Source: an uncultured virus (IMG/VR IMGVR_UViG_3300008120_000036) (lineage: Duplodnaviria > Heunggongvirae > Uroviricota > Caudoviricetes). From it: DNA of 20,000 nucleotides. The stretch lies in the IMG/VR virus record IMGVR_UViG_3300008120_000036. The stretch is one strand, 5' to 3'. Numbering within the stretch: the first letter of the stretch is position 1; each line of letters starts with the position of its first letter. The notes under the pieces are model-generated. The model was not told where the DNA came from. It worked only from the letters and a program-made list of their open reading frames with translations, and did no database searches. The position numbers and the translations under genes were made by a program. Shown piece after piece: positions 8,691-17,691 of this stretch.

Positions 8691-9734
8691 CTAGAACGGT
8701 GCTTCCTCTTCATCCTCTTCGTCAACAGATGCCACATCAAGAATCATTTCAATAATGTCATCTTTAGATGCGCCAGCCTTAACTTTGAGTTCATAGTCAG
8801 CAGCGATTTCTTTGATTTCTTTCATAGACATTTTGCGTAGTTCGTCTTCATCAAGGACAACAGTTTCATACTCGCCATCCTCAGAATCAGAATCGTCTTC
8901 CTCAGACTCATCATCCTCATCATCATCAGAACTACTACCAGTTGCAAGCACCTCGTCATCCTCATCATCATCTTCAGCATCACCGAGAATCAGATTGATA
9001 AGGTCATCACTATCTAGACCTTTTGTTGTATGACCAAGTTCGCGTGCAATAACTTTCAGTTCAGCGAGTGACTTCTCTTCCAAGTCATCACGGCTGTATT
9101 CTGCATCAGAATCAGAGTCGTCATCCTCGTCTTCGTCTTCGTCATCATCCACTTTTGATTTTGGTGTTGACTTAATTGACTTACGAGCCACTGGCTTTTC
9201 GTCTTCCTCGTCTTCGTCATCATCATCAGAATTGACTGGCACATCTTCCAATTGAGATTCTAGTAATCCCATAAGGTCTAGCAAGTCATAGCGTTCCAAG
9301 TTCATCTTGGTTGGAGGTTCAGGTGTTACATCATATTCAGTATCAAGTCCTGCTCCTGAACGCGATAATTCATAATCACGGTCTAGCAAGGTTGCATACT
9401 TGTCATACTTCTTTAACAGAGATGCAGCAACAGACTTTGGCATTACTAATGGAACAACCCTGCTTTCCGCAACATCTAATGCGTTAGCGAGATATCTTGC
9501 AGCAGGTCTTTCTTGTGTTTGCACGCCCTCTACAGAGGGAAAGAAACGCTTTTGTTCTGCATCATAATATTCAAAGTAAGCAATCCATTCAGTTGGTTCA
9601 GTAAGAAAACGAACGGTCAGTGAGCCGTCAGATGGAATTCTTGTTAGATAACTTCCACTGCCACCGCCTTTCTTTACAGATGACCTTAGTGAATTAATGC
9701 TTGTTACTTTTCCACCTCGGATTTGTTTTGGCAC
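8691..9734 (-). CDS. Probable single-stranded DNA-binding protein (gp32-like) with an acidic C-terminal half
   Basis: LTVRFL and G-x-GLDTEYDV motifs typical of phage SSBs; two Rho-N-like helical repeats; acidic tail ending EEAPF. Confidence 0.72.
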   Translation of the reverse strand: MPKQIRGGKVTSINSLRSSVKKGGGSGSYLTRIPSDGSLTVRFLTEPTEWIAYFEYYDAEQKRFFPSVEGVQTQERPAARYLANALDVAESRVVPLVMPKSVAASLLKKYDKYATLLDRDYELSRSGAGLDTEYDVTPEPPTKMNLERYDLLDLMGLLESQLEDVPVNSDDDDEDEEDEKPVARKSIKSTPKSKVDDDEDEDEDDDSDSDAEYSRDDLEEKSLAELKVIARELGHTTKGLDSDDLINLILGDAEDDDEDDEVLATGSSSDDDEDDESEEDDSDSEDGEYETVVLDEDELRKMSMKEIKEIAADYELKVKAGASKDDIIEMILDVASVDEEDEEEAPF

Positions 9735-9824
9735 GATTAACCACCTTCTTGTTGATATAGCATTAAGGGATTTCCTTAATTACTAGATGAGAACTCATAG
9801 TTTGAATTTCACCTTGGTGTTATT

Positions 9825-9853
9825 AACCTATTACATGATTTTTTAAGGTGCAA
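9825..9853 (-). promoter_or_regulatory. Putative promoter TTGCAC-N17-TAGGTT
   Basis: Same CTTGCACC -35 context as the promoter at 19964-19992; lies just downstream of a terminator. Confidence 0.5.
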
Positions 9854-9868
9854 GTTCCTTTACATATC

Positions 9869-9927
9869 TGCATAGGTGTAATTATTAATTTGCATAGGTG
9901 CATATTTAATTTATTTATGCACTGGTG
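9869..9927. repeat. Direct repeats TGCATAGGTG x2 plus TGCACTGGTG in AT-rich DNA
   Basis: Copies at 9869-9878, 9891-9900 and 9918-9927. Confidence 0.6.
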
Positions 9928-9935
9928 AATAAATG

Positions 9936-9981
9936 AAAAAGTGACAGTAATGTTTGTCGCGGAAACACTACTGCCACTCTT
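9936..9981 (-). terminator. Intrinsic terminator
   Basis: AGUGGCAGUAGUGUUU-CCGCGAC-AAACAUUACUGUCACU followed by a U-run, just after the stop at 9997. Confidence 0.75.
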
Positions 9982-9996
9982 CCCTATATTCAGTTT

Positions 9997-10596
9997 TTAA
10001 TTATCCACCTTGTAATCAGATGGATACTTTTTGAGCCACTTGTAAAACGCAGGCTCGTTTACTCCGCCATTGTACGCCTCAGAACCAATATCCCAAGACG
10101 ACCAATCACTTCCCCCATTTGTCATGTGGAAAACAATCTCGGCGTTAGTTACTGGGTCAAACAATTGCTTATTTGAATCCAGTCCGAATTTGGCTCGCCT
10201 ATCTTCACCTAATGTTCCAATCATGTTGATTTGGAATATGCCATAGGAGTTATCTCCAGTGTTTATATTGTCATTATGTGCCAATGGGCGACCATTTGAT
10301 TCACGCTTTACAACTGCCCATGCAGTCTTCAGAGATTTACCCTGAAAACCTACCGAATGTAGTAAATCTACCAATTCAGTATCAGTGAGTTGTTCTTTAG
10401 CGTTACGGAATTCTGCGACTGTAGGTTTATCTGTTGCAAACAGATAGTTAACTGTTTTAGCAGGTAACTCTACGGTGAACTCCTTAATCGTTGGTGCTTC
10501 TGCTCTCGCAACCGTACCAACGCTTGTTGCTAGTACTGTGACTAGCGAATAGGTGACAACTATGGCTTTTGTCAACCTTTGGGGATTACTTAACAT
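9997..10596 (-). CDS. Secreted lysozyme-like / lytic transglycosylase (SLT-type) protein
   Basis: N-terminal signal peptide (ARA cleavage), AWAVVKRES (catalytic Glu), DNSYGIFQIN, LFDPVTNA, W-x2-W. Confidence 0.82.
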   Translation of the reverse strand: MLSNPQRLTKAIVVTYSLVTVLATSVGTVARAEAPTIKEFTVELPAKTVNYLFATDKPTVAEFRNAKEQLTDTELVDLLHSVGFQGKSLKTAWAVVKRESNGRPLAHNDNINTGDNSYGIFQINMIGTLGEDRRAKFGLDSNKQLFDPVTNAEIVFHMTNGGSDWSSWDIGSEAYNGGVNEPAFYKWLKKYPSDYKVDN

Positions 10597-10607
10597 CAGT
10601 GCTCCTT

Positions 10608-10835
10608 CTAGGGTTCAAGTGAGTTGTCACAGTCAGGGTTATTGCAACCATAACTAAAACAACGCACACAGCGTTCGTTGCTCCTTTCTTCTTCTAGTAG
10701 GGATACGCAGGCTTGAATGTGTTTTATGTCGGTGAAGAGCCGACCATCCTTTGCTTTCCGTATCGGTAACTGCTTCTTGCACAGTGGACAAGAAACACTT
10801 CTTAGACTCAATGTATTAGAGCCTGCATTTATCAT
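10608..10835 (-). CDS. Small Cys-rich (zinc-binding) protein
   Basis: CPLC, H-x3-C, CVRC-x4-C-x4-C; AGGAGG RBS. Confidence 0.7.
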   Translation of the reverse strand: MINAGSNTLSLRSVSCPLCKKQLPIRKAKDGRLFTDIKHIQACVSLLEEERSNERCVRCFSYGCNNPDCDNSLEP

Positions 10836-10858
10836 AGCAACCTCCTATACATAGTTGT

Positions 10859-11410
10859 CTAGTTCAGAACATCACTTGGTGGATAGAATTTCTTCCAAAA
10901 CTCCAAGCGTGAACGAACATCCATTAGTATGATTCCTAACCAATTTTGACCTTTTCGTGTCATTGGTCTATTAGGTTTATCGCTTTCATATAAATCAACT
11001 CCCCAAACAGTGTCATTCCAAAATGTACCTTCTTGTAGATACGCATTATTTGTACCTAGTAATAATTTACCCAATTCAGAATTAGAGGTAAATTTAGTTA
11101 ACACAATTGAATGCATTGTTTTGTATTTGATTGCTTCCCAGTCAGAGCGTACTGCGATACTACGACCAAGATATTTTGCTTCATCAGGTGAACGCGCATC
11201 ACGAATCATATTGAAGTCAGAGGTGTTTCTAGCCTTCATTGCTTGATATGCGTGTTCACTTGTCTGCCAAGTATCACTGCCCCATGTAAATGGAGAGCCT
11301 TCATAGAAGTTAGATAAAAACGCATATGGATTATATCCAGCGAAATCATCAAACCAATCTATGAGTATTTCAGGATTCTCTTGCAGTTTTATCCCATCTA
11401 TTTCAAACAT
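10859..11410 (-). CDS. NADAR (YbiA-like) family protein
   Basis: FLSNFY, TSEHAYQAMK, AKYLGR, RSDWE, KF...LLLGT, WND-x2-WG, GQNWLG-x-ILM-x-VR. Confidence 0.9.
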   Translation of the reverse strand: MFEIDGIKLQENPEILIDWFDDFAGYNPYAFLSNFYEGSPFTWGSDTWQTSEHAYQAMKARNTSDFNMIRDARSPDEAKYLGRSIAVRSDWEAIKYKTMHSIVLTKFTSNSELGKLLLGTNNAYLQEGTFWNDTVWGVDLYESDKPNRPMTRKGQNWLGIILMDVRSRLEFWKKFYPPSDVLN

Positions 11411-11421
11411 ATAATCACCAC

Positions 11422-11550
11422 CTATTCTGAGTATTGCTTTTTATATTTTGTTTTTCTTGTGTATTTCTTTTTGTTACGGATTGCTGTAGCAGAATTACTA
11501 CGGCGGAGTTCCAGTAACCGCCGTAGTTCTTCTTTTGTCTTCTTAAACAT
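11422..11550 (-). CDS. Small basic peptide (42 aa, not in ORF track)
   Basis: MFKKTKEELRRLLELRRSNSATAIRNKKKYTRKTKYKKQYSE; ATG 1 nt after the upstream stop. Confidence 0.65.
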   Translation of the reverse strand: MFKKTKEELRRLLELRRSNSATAIRNKKKYTRKTKYKKQYSE

Positions 11551-11551
11551 A

Positions 11552-11686
11552 TTAATCTTTAGTAAATTCAATCTTTAAGTTATCTACCATGTAAGGTAGA
11601 AAACTTTCAAGAATTTTCTTAATATCTTTATTGACAGAATCATTATTAGAGTCAATAAAGTATTTAATGTTAATTGATATGTTCAT
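11552..11686 (-). CDS. Small hypothetical protein (44 aa, not in ORF track)
   Basis: AAGGTGA RBS; MNISINIKYFIDSNNDS...; fills the gap exactly. Confidence 0.55.
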   Translation of the reverse strand: MNISINIKYFIDSNNDSVNKDIKKILESFLPYMVDNLKIEFTKD

Positions 11687-11698
11687 GAGTTACTCACC

Positions 11699-11998
11699 TT
11701 ATTCTTCGCCGTAGATTTCTATACTGGCATCTAGCGTTACCAATTTAAGTATCGCTGGTTTAGACCGAGAGGCATTTACTACATCTTCTACTGTAGAAAA
11801 TACCCAAGGGTCTTCAGTTAAGTTTTCAGGAGTTACAACTTCCCAAAATACTTTTCCTGCAACACGGCATTCGTATGCAGTCCAATGCTCCATAGCATTC
11901 TCTGCACGCTTTGCTTCTGCTTCTTCCTCTTCAATACGATTAAACAAGTCAGCCATTGTCCACTTGCTTCGTATTGATACAACATTGTTTTCACTCAT
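11699..11998 (-). CDS. Hypothetical protein
   Basis: Likely start MSENN at 11998, overlapping the upstream stop. Confidence 0.7.
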   Translation of the reverse strand: MSENNVVSIRSKWTMADLFNRIEEEEAEAKRAENAMEHWTAYECRVAGKVFWEVVTPENLTEDPWVFSTVEDVVNASRSKPAILKLVTLDASIEIYGEE

Positions 11999-12329
11999 GT
12001 AACACCGCCACTGGCTCTTTTCCATTTTCCACTGGAAGGAATCTTTCAACAGGAAATAATTTTTGATAAGAGTCATGTGCTATATCAAGATAGAATTCCA
12101 CTGGTTCTGTTTTGTAATTTAATTTTGCGAGTATCTTACAACGGTGATGTTGAATACCTGCAAAATCCATATTATGAAATGCAAGCATTATTGTGATGAG
12201 GCTGATGCCGTTTGGGTCAAGGTTTGTCTTTAGCCAACCAGTATCAACTGTGCGGTTGAACTTATTTCTTGATGACTCATAAGCAATGTATAACAAGTCA
12301 TCTGCATGAACTGCTTTCATATTATCCAC
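11991..12329 (-). CDS. Hypothetical protein (alternative start 12383)
   Basis: AAGGAG 7 nt before GTG 12329. Confidence 0.7.
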   Translation of the reverse strand: MDNMKAVHADDLLYIAYESSRNKFNRTVDTGWLKTNLDPNGISLITIMLAFHNMDFAGIQHHRCKILAKLNYKTEPVEFYLDIAHDSYQKLFPVERFLPVENGKEPVAVLHE

Positions 12330-12379
12330 TTTGATTCTCCTTATTGTTTTTATTGTTGTTGTTTCTGTAATTGTGATAG

Positions 12380-12574
12380 TCATATGCCTATCCTTTCATG
12401 TGCATAATCCCAAGCCCTAAACTGGACTCTTCGCCAAGCATCTTCATGATTGTTGATACGCATGACTACTTTTCCATCAACTTCTAGATAGGCATATCTC
12501 CCATCTTTGGTTGTATAACCTTCTACACCATCTGCGAAAGTGGTCATTACATATTCTCTTTTACCGAGCAACAT
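12380..12574 (-). CDS. Hypothetical protein (start may be 12547)
   Basis: ORF tiles between neighbours. Confidence 0.6.
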   Translation of the reverse strand: MLLGKREYVMTTFADGVEGYTTKDGRYAYLEVDGKVVMRINNHEDAWRRVQFRAWDYAHERIGI

Positions 12575-12725
12575 GGAACACCCCTAAGCAGAATCTGCAA
12601 CTACTTGTATGCAGTGACATATCTGCACCGAATACACCCGAAGTTATAGATACTCCACAACTACGGAATAACAGACAAGCGAATTCACTATCTGTTAATT
12701 CTTCTTTGGTTTCATCAATCGCCAT
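12561..12725 (-). CDS. Small Cys/His-containing hypothetical protein
   Basis: GGAGGA before ATG 12725; C...C...H-x3-CRFC. Confidence 0.6.
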   Translation of the reverse strand: MAIDETKEELTDSEFACLLFRSCGVSITSGVFGADMSLHTSSCRFCLGVFHVAR

Positions 12726-13008
12726 TTCTATCCTCCAATACATTTGGGTGATGTGCTTTTAGATGAGTTGATATGCGCTCGCGTGTTGACTTAGAAAGTT
12801 TTGCCATTGCATTACTTTCAGTACGGCGTATATATAGGCGTTCTGTTGAGAATATGTCAGCGACCTCTGTAAGATTTTTTGGTCTGCTAACCAATCCAAA
12901 ACGCAACGCGACTATAGCGAGTTCATGTTCATTTAATTCATTAGCAATCATATGAAATGCGCTATCAGCAACTAACTTATTTATTAAGTCTTGCGCTAAG
13001 TAATTCAT
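12715..13008 (-). CDS. Stand-alone sigma-70 region 4-like HTH protein
   Basis: LNEHE-x2-IVALRFGL...LTEVADIF...ERLYIRRTESNAMAKL matches the region-4 pattern; GGGAGG RBS, TAATG coupling. Confidence 0.75.
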   Translation of the reverse strand: MNYLAQDLINKLVADSAFHMIANELNEHELAIVALRFGLVSRPKNLTEVADIFSTERLYIRRTESNAMAKLSKSTRERISTHLKAHHPNVLEDRNGD

Positions 13009-13430
13009 TATTCCTCCCAAATGTAAGGTAGTGAATCGGGTACATTAGGAAAGAACTTACGATAATGCTGAGGTAATTTCCTAACTAGGTTTGACTGGTG
13101 ACTTATATGGAAAGCAGAGTTACCAAGTAAGGTCGGTGTGCTGTTTTGACCTTTGAAATACTTAGCAAGCGATATTGTCTTGCCGAGTACTGTGTCGTTG
13201 TATCCGCGACTAATCCATTCTTCACAGATAGCAATGTTGTAGTTAATGAGTTCTAGACCGTGACCACGCCACATCTTTACGGCTGGATGATTAGACCATC
13301 CAGTACCGTTACTGATGCCAGCCAAGTTACGAAGTATTTGATAAGACTCAACGCGTTGCTTACCAAGCCTTTTCATATCTAGAACTTTTGCCGACTTTGA
13401 ATAATCGGCATATGGCAGAAATGTTTGCAT
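13008..13430 (-). CDS. Pyrimidine-dimer DNA glycosylase-like protein (MSMEG_6728-type)
   Basis: MQTFLPY...LD-x-KRLGKQRVE-x2-Q, HPAVKMWRG, EW-x2-RGY-x-D, SHQSNLVRK, Y-x-W. Confidence 0.85.
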   Translation of the reverse strand: MQTFLPYADYSKSAKVLDMKRLGKQRVESYQILRNLAGISNGTGWSNHPAVKMWRGHGLELINYNIAICEEWISRGYNDTVLGKTISLAKYFKGQNSTPTLLGNSAFHISHQSNLVRKLPQHYRKFFPNVPDSLPYIWEE

Positions 13431-13450
13431 AGATATCCCTTTCTATTTTG

Positions 13451-13687
13451 TTATTCACTCATTATTACTACATCAGTCTTGCGACCATTAAAGTCACGAA
13501 TACCTTCTTCAATATCTGATATCCATGACATAAATACAGACCGAGAGAAGTTAAAGTTCACCCGACTAGCGACTAAGCAAAATATATCTATGGCTTGATA
13601 TATTGCTTTGACTTTATCAGCATCATTCTCGTCACGAAGTAATTTTCCAAATTCATTCGCAGCGATAATGAAATGTTTCTTAGTCAC
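13451..13687 (-). CDS. Hypothetical protein
   Basis: AAGGAGG RBS, GTGA overlap; MTKKHF...N-x-NF-x-R-x2-F. Confidence 0.75.
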   Translation of the reverse strand: MTKKHFIIAANEFGKLLRDENDADKVKAIYQAIDIFCLVASRVNFNFSRSVFMSWISDIEEGIRDFNGRKTDVVIMSE

Positions 13688-13941
13688 TTGACCTCCTTAC
13701 TTTTTCTTCCTGGTTTTTGAGTCCGTGCAAGTTCAAGTAATTTCTGTATGTCCTCTTCTGAGTAAAGCCACACATCTAACTTGCCGACTTTCATCTTTCC
13801 CGAAGGTACACATAATCCGAGTCTGTGCCAACGCTTCAAGGTATCTACAGAACGCTGTACTTTCTGTGATGCCTTTGAACGCGTTAACCATTGTTCAGGA
13901 GTAATGTGTCCGATACCGTTTCCTGTGTTGTTTGTTTTCAC
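13684..13941 (-). CDS. MerR-like HTH DNA-binding protein
   Basis: SVDTLKRWHRLG...WLYSEEDIQKL; C-terminal KPGRK. Confidence 0.75.
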   Translation of the reverse strand: MKTNNTGNGIGHITPEQWLTRSKASQKVQRSVDTLKRWHRLGLCVPSGKMKVGKLDVWLYSEEDIQKLLELARTQKPGRKSKEVK

Positions 13942-13945
13942 ACCG

Positions 13946-14500
13946 CTATCCCTTCTTCCTCTTCAGTGTTACTTTGCGTGCCATATCTTCTGCCTTCTTA
14001 TTTAACACAGACATATCAATATTTTCAATATCTTCAATTGACATACCTGCCTCATCACCTTGGCGTGGTGATACTGGTGGGATATATGTAACGGTTGTAG
14101 CAGTAGGTGTTTTGACAGTACTCTTGACAGTTGGCTTCTGTCTGACTGTAGGTTTAACACCTTTGTATAGTTCACTTGTTGTAATCATTGGCTCACCAAG
14201 TTTTTCATGGCGTGCTTTGTAATAGAAATAAGTGACACTACGAGGTTGCACCATTCCGTTTTTGCATTCGCAAATCTTGAAGTAATTTGCACATTGCGAG
14301 CAAGTATCCCAAGCAATATGCCATCCATCTTCTAGAATTGTCACCATGCACTTAACTTCTAGTGTGTCATTATCAACACGATAGTAAGTGTTAGGTAGCG
14401 GTGATGAGAAAGTGATGTTGCCACGAACCTCATCTTCTACTGGATACAGTGTGTAATCGGGAAAGTCTTTATCCACGATACTTCTTGATTTTGTTTTCAT
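13946..14500 (-). CDS. Hypothetical protein with Cys cluster
   Basis: 184-aa ORF; CSQC-x6-CEC. Confidence 0.75.
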   Translation of the reverse strand: MKTKSRSIVDKDFPDYTLYPVEDEVRGNITFSSPLPNTYYRVDNDTLEVKCMVTILEDGWHIAWDTCSQCANYFKICECKNGMVQPRSVTYFYYKARHEKLGEPMITTSELYKGVKPTVRQKPTVKSTVKTPTATTVTYIPPVSPRQGDEAGMSIEDIENIDMSVLNKKAEDMARKVTLKRKKG

Positions 14501-14665
14501 CTATTGCCCCTTTTCAATAGTGACATGAACTCCATATGTAGATAGTTCAGTCTTTGCCAACAAGCGAGCCATTGTCTTTTTAACAATGTCTAGTGCTTCA
14601 TCTTCTGTAGCAGAAGGATGAACATAAACTGGTACTTCCATCTTTACAAGATATTTACCACTCAT
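14501..14665 (-). CDS. Small hypothetical protein (54 aa, not in ORF track)
   Basis: GGGGAG RBS; MSGKYLVKMEVPVYVHPSATEDEALDIV...; stop abuts the next ATG. Confidence 0.65.
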   Translation of the reverse strand: MSGKYLVKMEVPVYVHPSATEDEALDIVKKTMARLLAKTELSTYGVHVTIEKGQ

Positions 14666-14674
14666 GTTTCTCCC

Positions 14675-15070
14675 CTACGCAGTAATCCGAATGTAGGGCT
14701 TACCCTCATTCTCAGTACTGCACTTAGCAACTGCTGTTGCACTAACCTCACCCGAAGCAATAAATGCTTCTAGTTTCTTCTTGTCAAGAACACGGCTGGA
14801 TACCTTGTTCCATAGAGTTTCGCCAAGTGATTTCTTTAATCCAGTTTCATCTATCACAGTGCGATTGCTTTGTGAACGAGTCGCCTTGATACTACGACCA
14901 CCTTTCACTTCTACTTCATGTGTCTTCACTTCCAGTGAATCAAGTGTCGCCACAATGCGCTGTTGAAGAGCATCAATAGTGTCTTCAAGTTCATCCTTCT
15001 GTCGGCGCAGTTCATCAAGAGCGATAATGTCTTCATTTAACTGCATTTGAATTGCTTTCATTTTAGCCAT
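14675..15070 (-). CDS. Hypothetical coiled-coil phage protein
   Basis: AAGGAG RBS; N-terminal coiled coil, IDETGLKK. Confidence 0.8.
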   Translation of the reverse strand: MAKMKAIQMQLNEDIIALDELRRQKDELEDTIDALQQRIVATLDSLEVKTHEVEVKGGRSIKATRSQSNRTVIDETGLKKSLGETLWNKVSSRVLDKKKLEAFIASGEVSATAVAKCSTENEGKPYIRITA

Positions 15071-15088
15071 TTTATATTTCTCCTTGGG

Positions 15089-15739
15089 TTATTGTTCTAG
15101 TAGATGGGCGATATAACTTAGTGGCAAAAATACTGCCGTACCTTGCAAGTAGCAATTGTGGAATCTAGTTCCCACCTTTGGCTCACTTGTAAGTTTTACT
15201 TTTAATCTTTTGTTACCTACACCTGTAACGATATAAGTAACGCCAGTCATGTACTTAGGATTAACGGTATAAGGCATTGCAAACTCCTTACCCTTGAATG
15301 CATCCTTTGGATAGTACTTACCCCGATAGACAAAATGATTAGTGTCACTTGTCAACAGAGATGCAGATACTGGTTGCACTTTGTTATCTGCGGTAGGCAC
15401 TGGCGAATTGTTAGCCGATACATTGCCAGCAGGCTCATCACTAGCGAAAGGTGCATTAGGGTCATAGAACCCTTTCTTCTTTGGCGTGAATTGAGGTGGT
15501 GTCTGTTTAGTACCGCCCTGTGGTAATTGCATTGGAGTTGGTGTTGGTGCTTTTGGTGGATTACCCAATAGCACATCACGCCTATTAAATAGTGCGCGAC
15601 CAATCTCCTTGATATATGAATCTAGATATCCTTTATCAAGAACATCAATAATCCACTGACTGAATTCAGTGGCATCCATAGTTAGCAGAGCATCATTCAA
15701 TGCTTGACTAGTACTGAATGGTTGTTGTGTCTGTGTCAT
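15089..15739 (-). CDS. Hypothetical protein
   Basis: 216-aa ORF, AAGGGAG RBS, Pro-rich linker. Confidence 0.8.
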   Translation of the reverse strand: MTQTQQPFSTSQALNDALLTMDATEFSQWIIDVLDKGYLDSYIKEIGRALFNRRDVLLGNPPKAPTPTPMQLPQGGTKQTPPQFTPKKKGFYDPNAPFASDEPAGNVSANNSPVPTADNKVQPVSASLLTSDTNHFVYRGKYYPKDAFKGKEFAMPYTVNPKYMTGVTYIVTGVGNKRLKVKLTSEPKVGTRFHNCYLQGTAVFLPLSYIAHLLEQ

Positions 15740-15753
15740 TTTTACACTCCCTT

Positions 15754-17679
15754 CTAGTGTTCTGTGAATGACAAGTTAGCAATGACTCGCGCTAAGTCAA
15801 CTAACTGGCGTGTATCGTAGATGCGCTTTGCGAATTGGCAATTGTGCCTTTTGTGTTCAGGCAAATCTTCTGCCTCATCATTAAGGTTTTGTGAATAGTG
15901 TGGATAGTCAAGAAATGCCAGTGCTGTAAGTACACCTGCATTATTCATTGACTGAATCAATTCATCATTACCTTCAACACCGTAATCACCATCCCACTCA
16001 CCATCAGTAACGAAGAAGCAAATCTTGTTACCGCGCTGTGTGGCATCAAACACTTTGAGTGCTTGACGGATTGCATTGTTGGGCTGTGTGTTGTTATCTG
16101 AACCGAATACACGGAACTTAGATGAATCAGCCAAATCATCTTTGTCATATAGCAAGTGAGTAGAATCATTGAATGCAAGAACAGTTACATTTGCATTGAT
16201 TGACTCTAGTGCAGACTTGATAACCCACATTGCCTTAGATGCTTCATGCATTCTGTAAGACATAGATGAACTGATATCAAGAAGAATCACTGCCTCAACT
16301 TCAGTACTGTCAATTTGACCTTCGCGGAATGAGTCAAAGATTTCAGTGAAATCATCCCCACGCATTGCACGGTCAATATTTACACGACCTGCTGAGTTAC
16401 GCGATTCCCAATATGGGTCAGCATCAGTACGCAACTTTTTCAACTCGTAAGCAAATTCATCTACTAACAAGTTGTCTTCTGTATCAACTGGATGCTCAAC
16501 ATAACGGCGACTACTTAGATTGATAGTGACTTCACCATCACCAGCAGTAATAGCCTCCTGCTTGTTCTTTGCATCAGCAATAACATCAGCAGACTGCATA
16601 ACCTTATCTTTGATAACACTAAGAAGTTTCATAACCTCTTCATAGTTATCAGGTAGGTCAGTAGATACATCAGTATCGCCACCACTAACACCACCGTCAG
16701 ATGGAGCAGAAGAATCTGAATCTGAATCATCTTCATCTGAATCATCCGCATCAGAACCAGCACCACCTTCTGAATCAGACTCTTCATCAGCATCTTCATC
16801 AGTATCAGCATTGCCACTTCCGTTACCTTCTACAGAATCATCAGCATCAGACTCTTCATCAGTGTCTGTATCTGAATCATCATCAAGGTCTTCTGCATCA
16901 CGCTCTTCCAACTCCTCATCAAGATAGTCAACAGCATCTTGTGTATCTTGCTGCTCGCCAACTGGCGCAGAACTACCTACAGATATGAGTGGTCGTTGAC
17001 CACAGATATGACCAAATGGGTCTTTTGGCTTAACTAGATTTGTAGTTAAGAGGATGCGGTGGAATTTTTCCACTAACACAATTGCACGGTCATTATCAGT
17101 TGGGAAAACTAACTTACGATACTCGTCAATTATTTTCTCAATCTGCTTGACATACTTTTGGTGTGCAAACTGTCTGCGGAACTCATTACGCATTGCAATC
17201 GGCAAGTAACGGCGACCATGCATGATAATGAAATTAGCCTTCCAATCTTCAGGGCTATTTGTACAGTAACGAGTAAAAGTAGCAATGAAGTAAGGAATAG
17301 TCGCAGGATAGATAGCAGTAAGCATGGACTCAATACGCTGGTCTTCCAAGATATTGAATGCATCATTCCATCCATTAGCCAAGACCTCAGTAACAATCTT
17401 GGTGTTCTTGCGAGGTGTGTACAAGACATGACTCAACTCATGATAGTTGAACCCAGTGACTTGCACGATATCTTCAATCGTACCGATATTGTAAATACGG
17501 CTCGCATTGAATGTAATGTGGCGACCATCAGACCATGCTGGTGCAGAGTTGTAATGGTCATCAACCACTGAACAAGATACTTCTTCCGCACTAAGAATTC
17601 TGTTAGCGCGTGCAAAGACACGACTCATTGCTTCAAGTCGTGCAATGTGTTCATCACTTGACGGCATTAATGTAGTCAT
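15754..17679 (-). CDS. VWA (MIDAS) domain protein with N-terminal HExxH domain and acidic linker (CobT-like)
   Basis: HELSH, NILEDQRIE, D/E/S-rich linker, LLDISSSM (DxSxS), NNTQP, VTDG. Confidence 0.88.
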   Translation of the reverse strand: MTTLMPSSDEHIARLEAMSRVFARANRILSAEEVSCSVVDDHYNSAPAWSDGRHITFNASRIYNIGTIEDIVQVTGFNYHELSHVLYTPRKNTKIVTEVLANGWNDAFNILEDQRIESMLTAIYPATIPYFIATFTRYCTNSPEDWKANFIIMHGRRYLPIAMRNEFRRQFAHQKYVKQIEKIIDEYRKLVFPTDNDRAIVLVEKFHRILLTTNLVKPKDPFGHICGQRPLISVGSSAPVGEQQDTQDAVDYLDEELEERDAEDLDDDSDTDTDEESDADDSVEGNGSGNADTDEDADEESDSEGGAGSDADDSDEDDSDSDSSAPSDGGVSGGDTDVSTDLPDNYEEVMKLLSVIKDKVMQSADVIADAKNKQEAITAGDGEVTINLSSRRYVEHPVDTEDNLLVDEFAYELKKLRTDADPYWESRNSAGRVNIDRAMRGDDFTEIFDSFREGQIDSTEVEAVILLDISSSMSYRMHEASKAMWVIKSALESINANVTVLAFNDSTHLLYDKDDLADSSKFRVFGSDNNTQPNNAIRQALKVFDATQRGNKICFFVTDGEWDGDYGVEGNDELIQSMNNAGVLTALAFLDYPHYSQNLNDEAEDLPEHKRHNCQFAKRIYDTRQLVDLARVIANLSFTEH

Positions 17680-17691
17680 GTGCTTACCTCC

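Noticed and set aside
16680..16930. catc/tcag-type repeats in the VWA gene (similar ones in the SSB gene)
   Set aside because: Explained by Asp/Glu/Ser low-complexity coding
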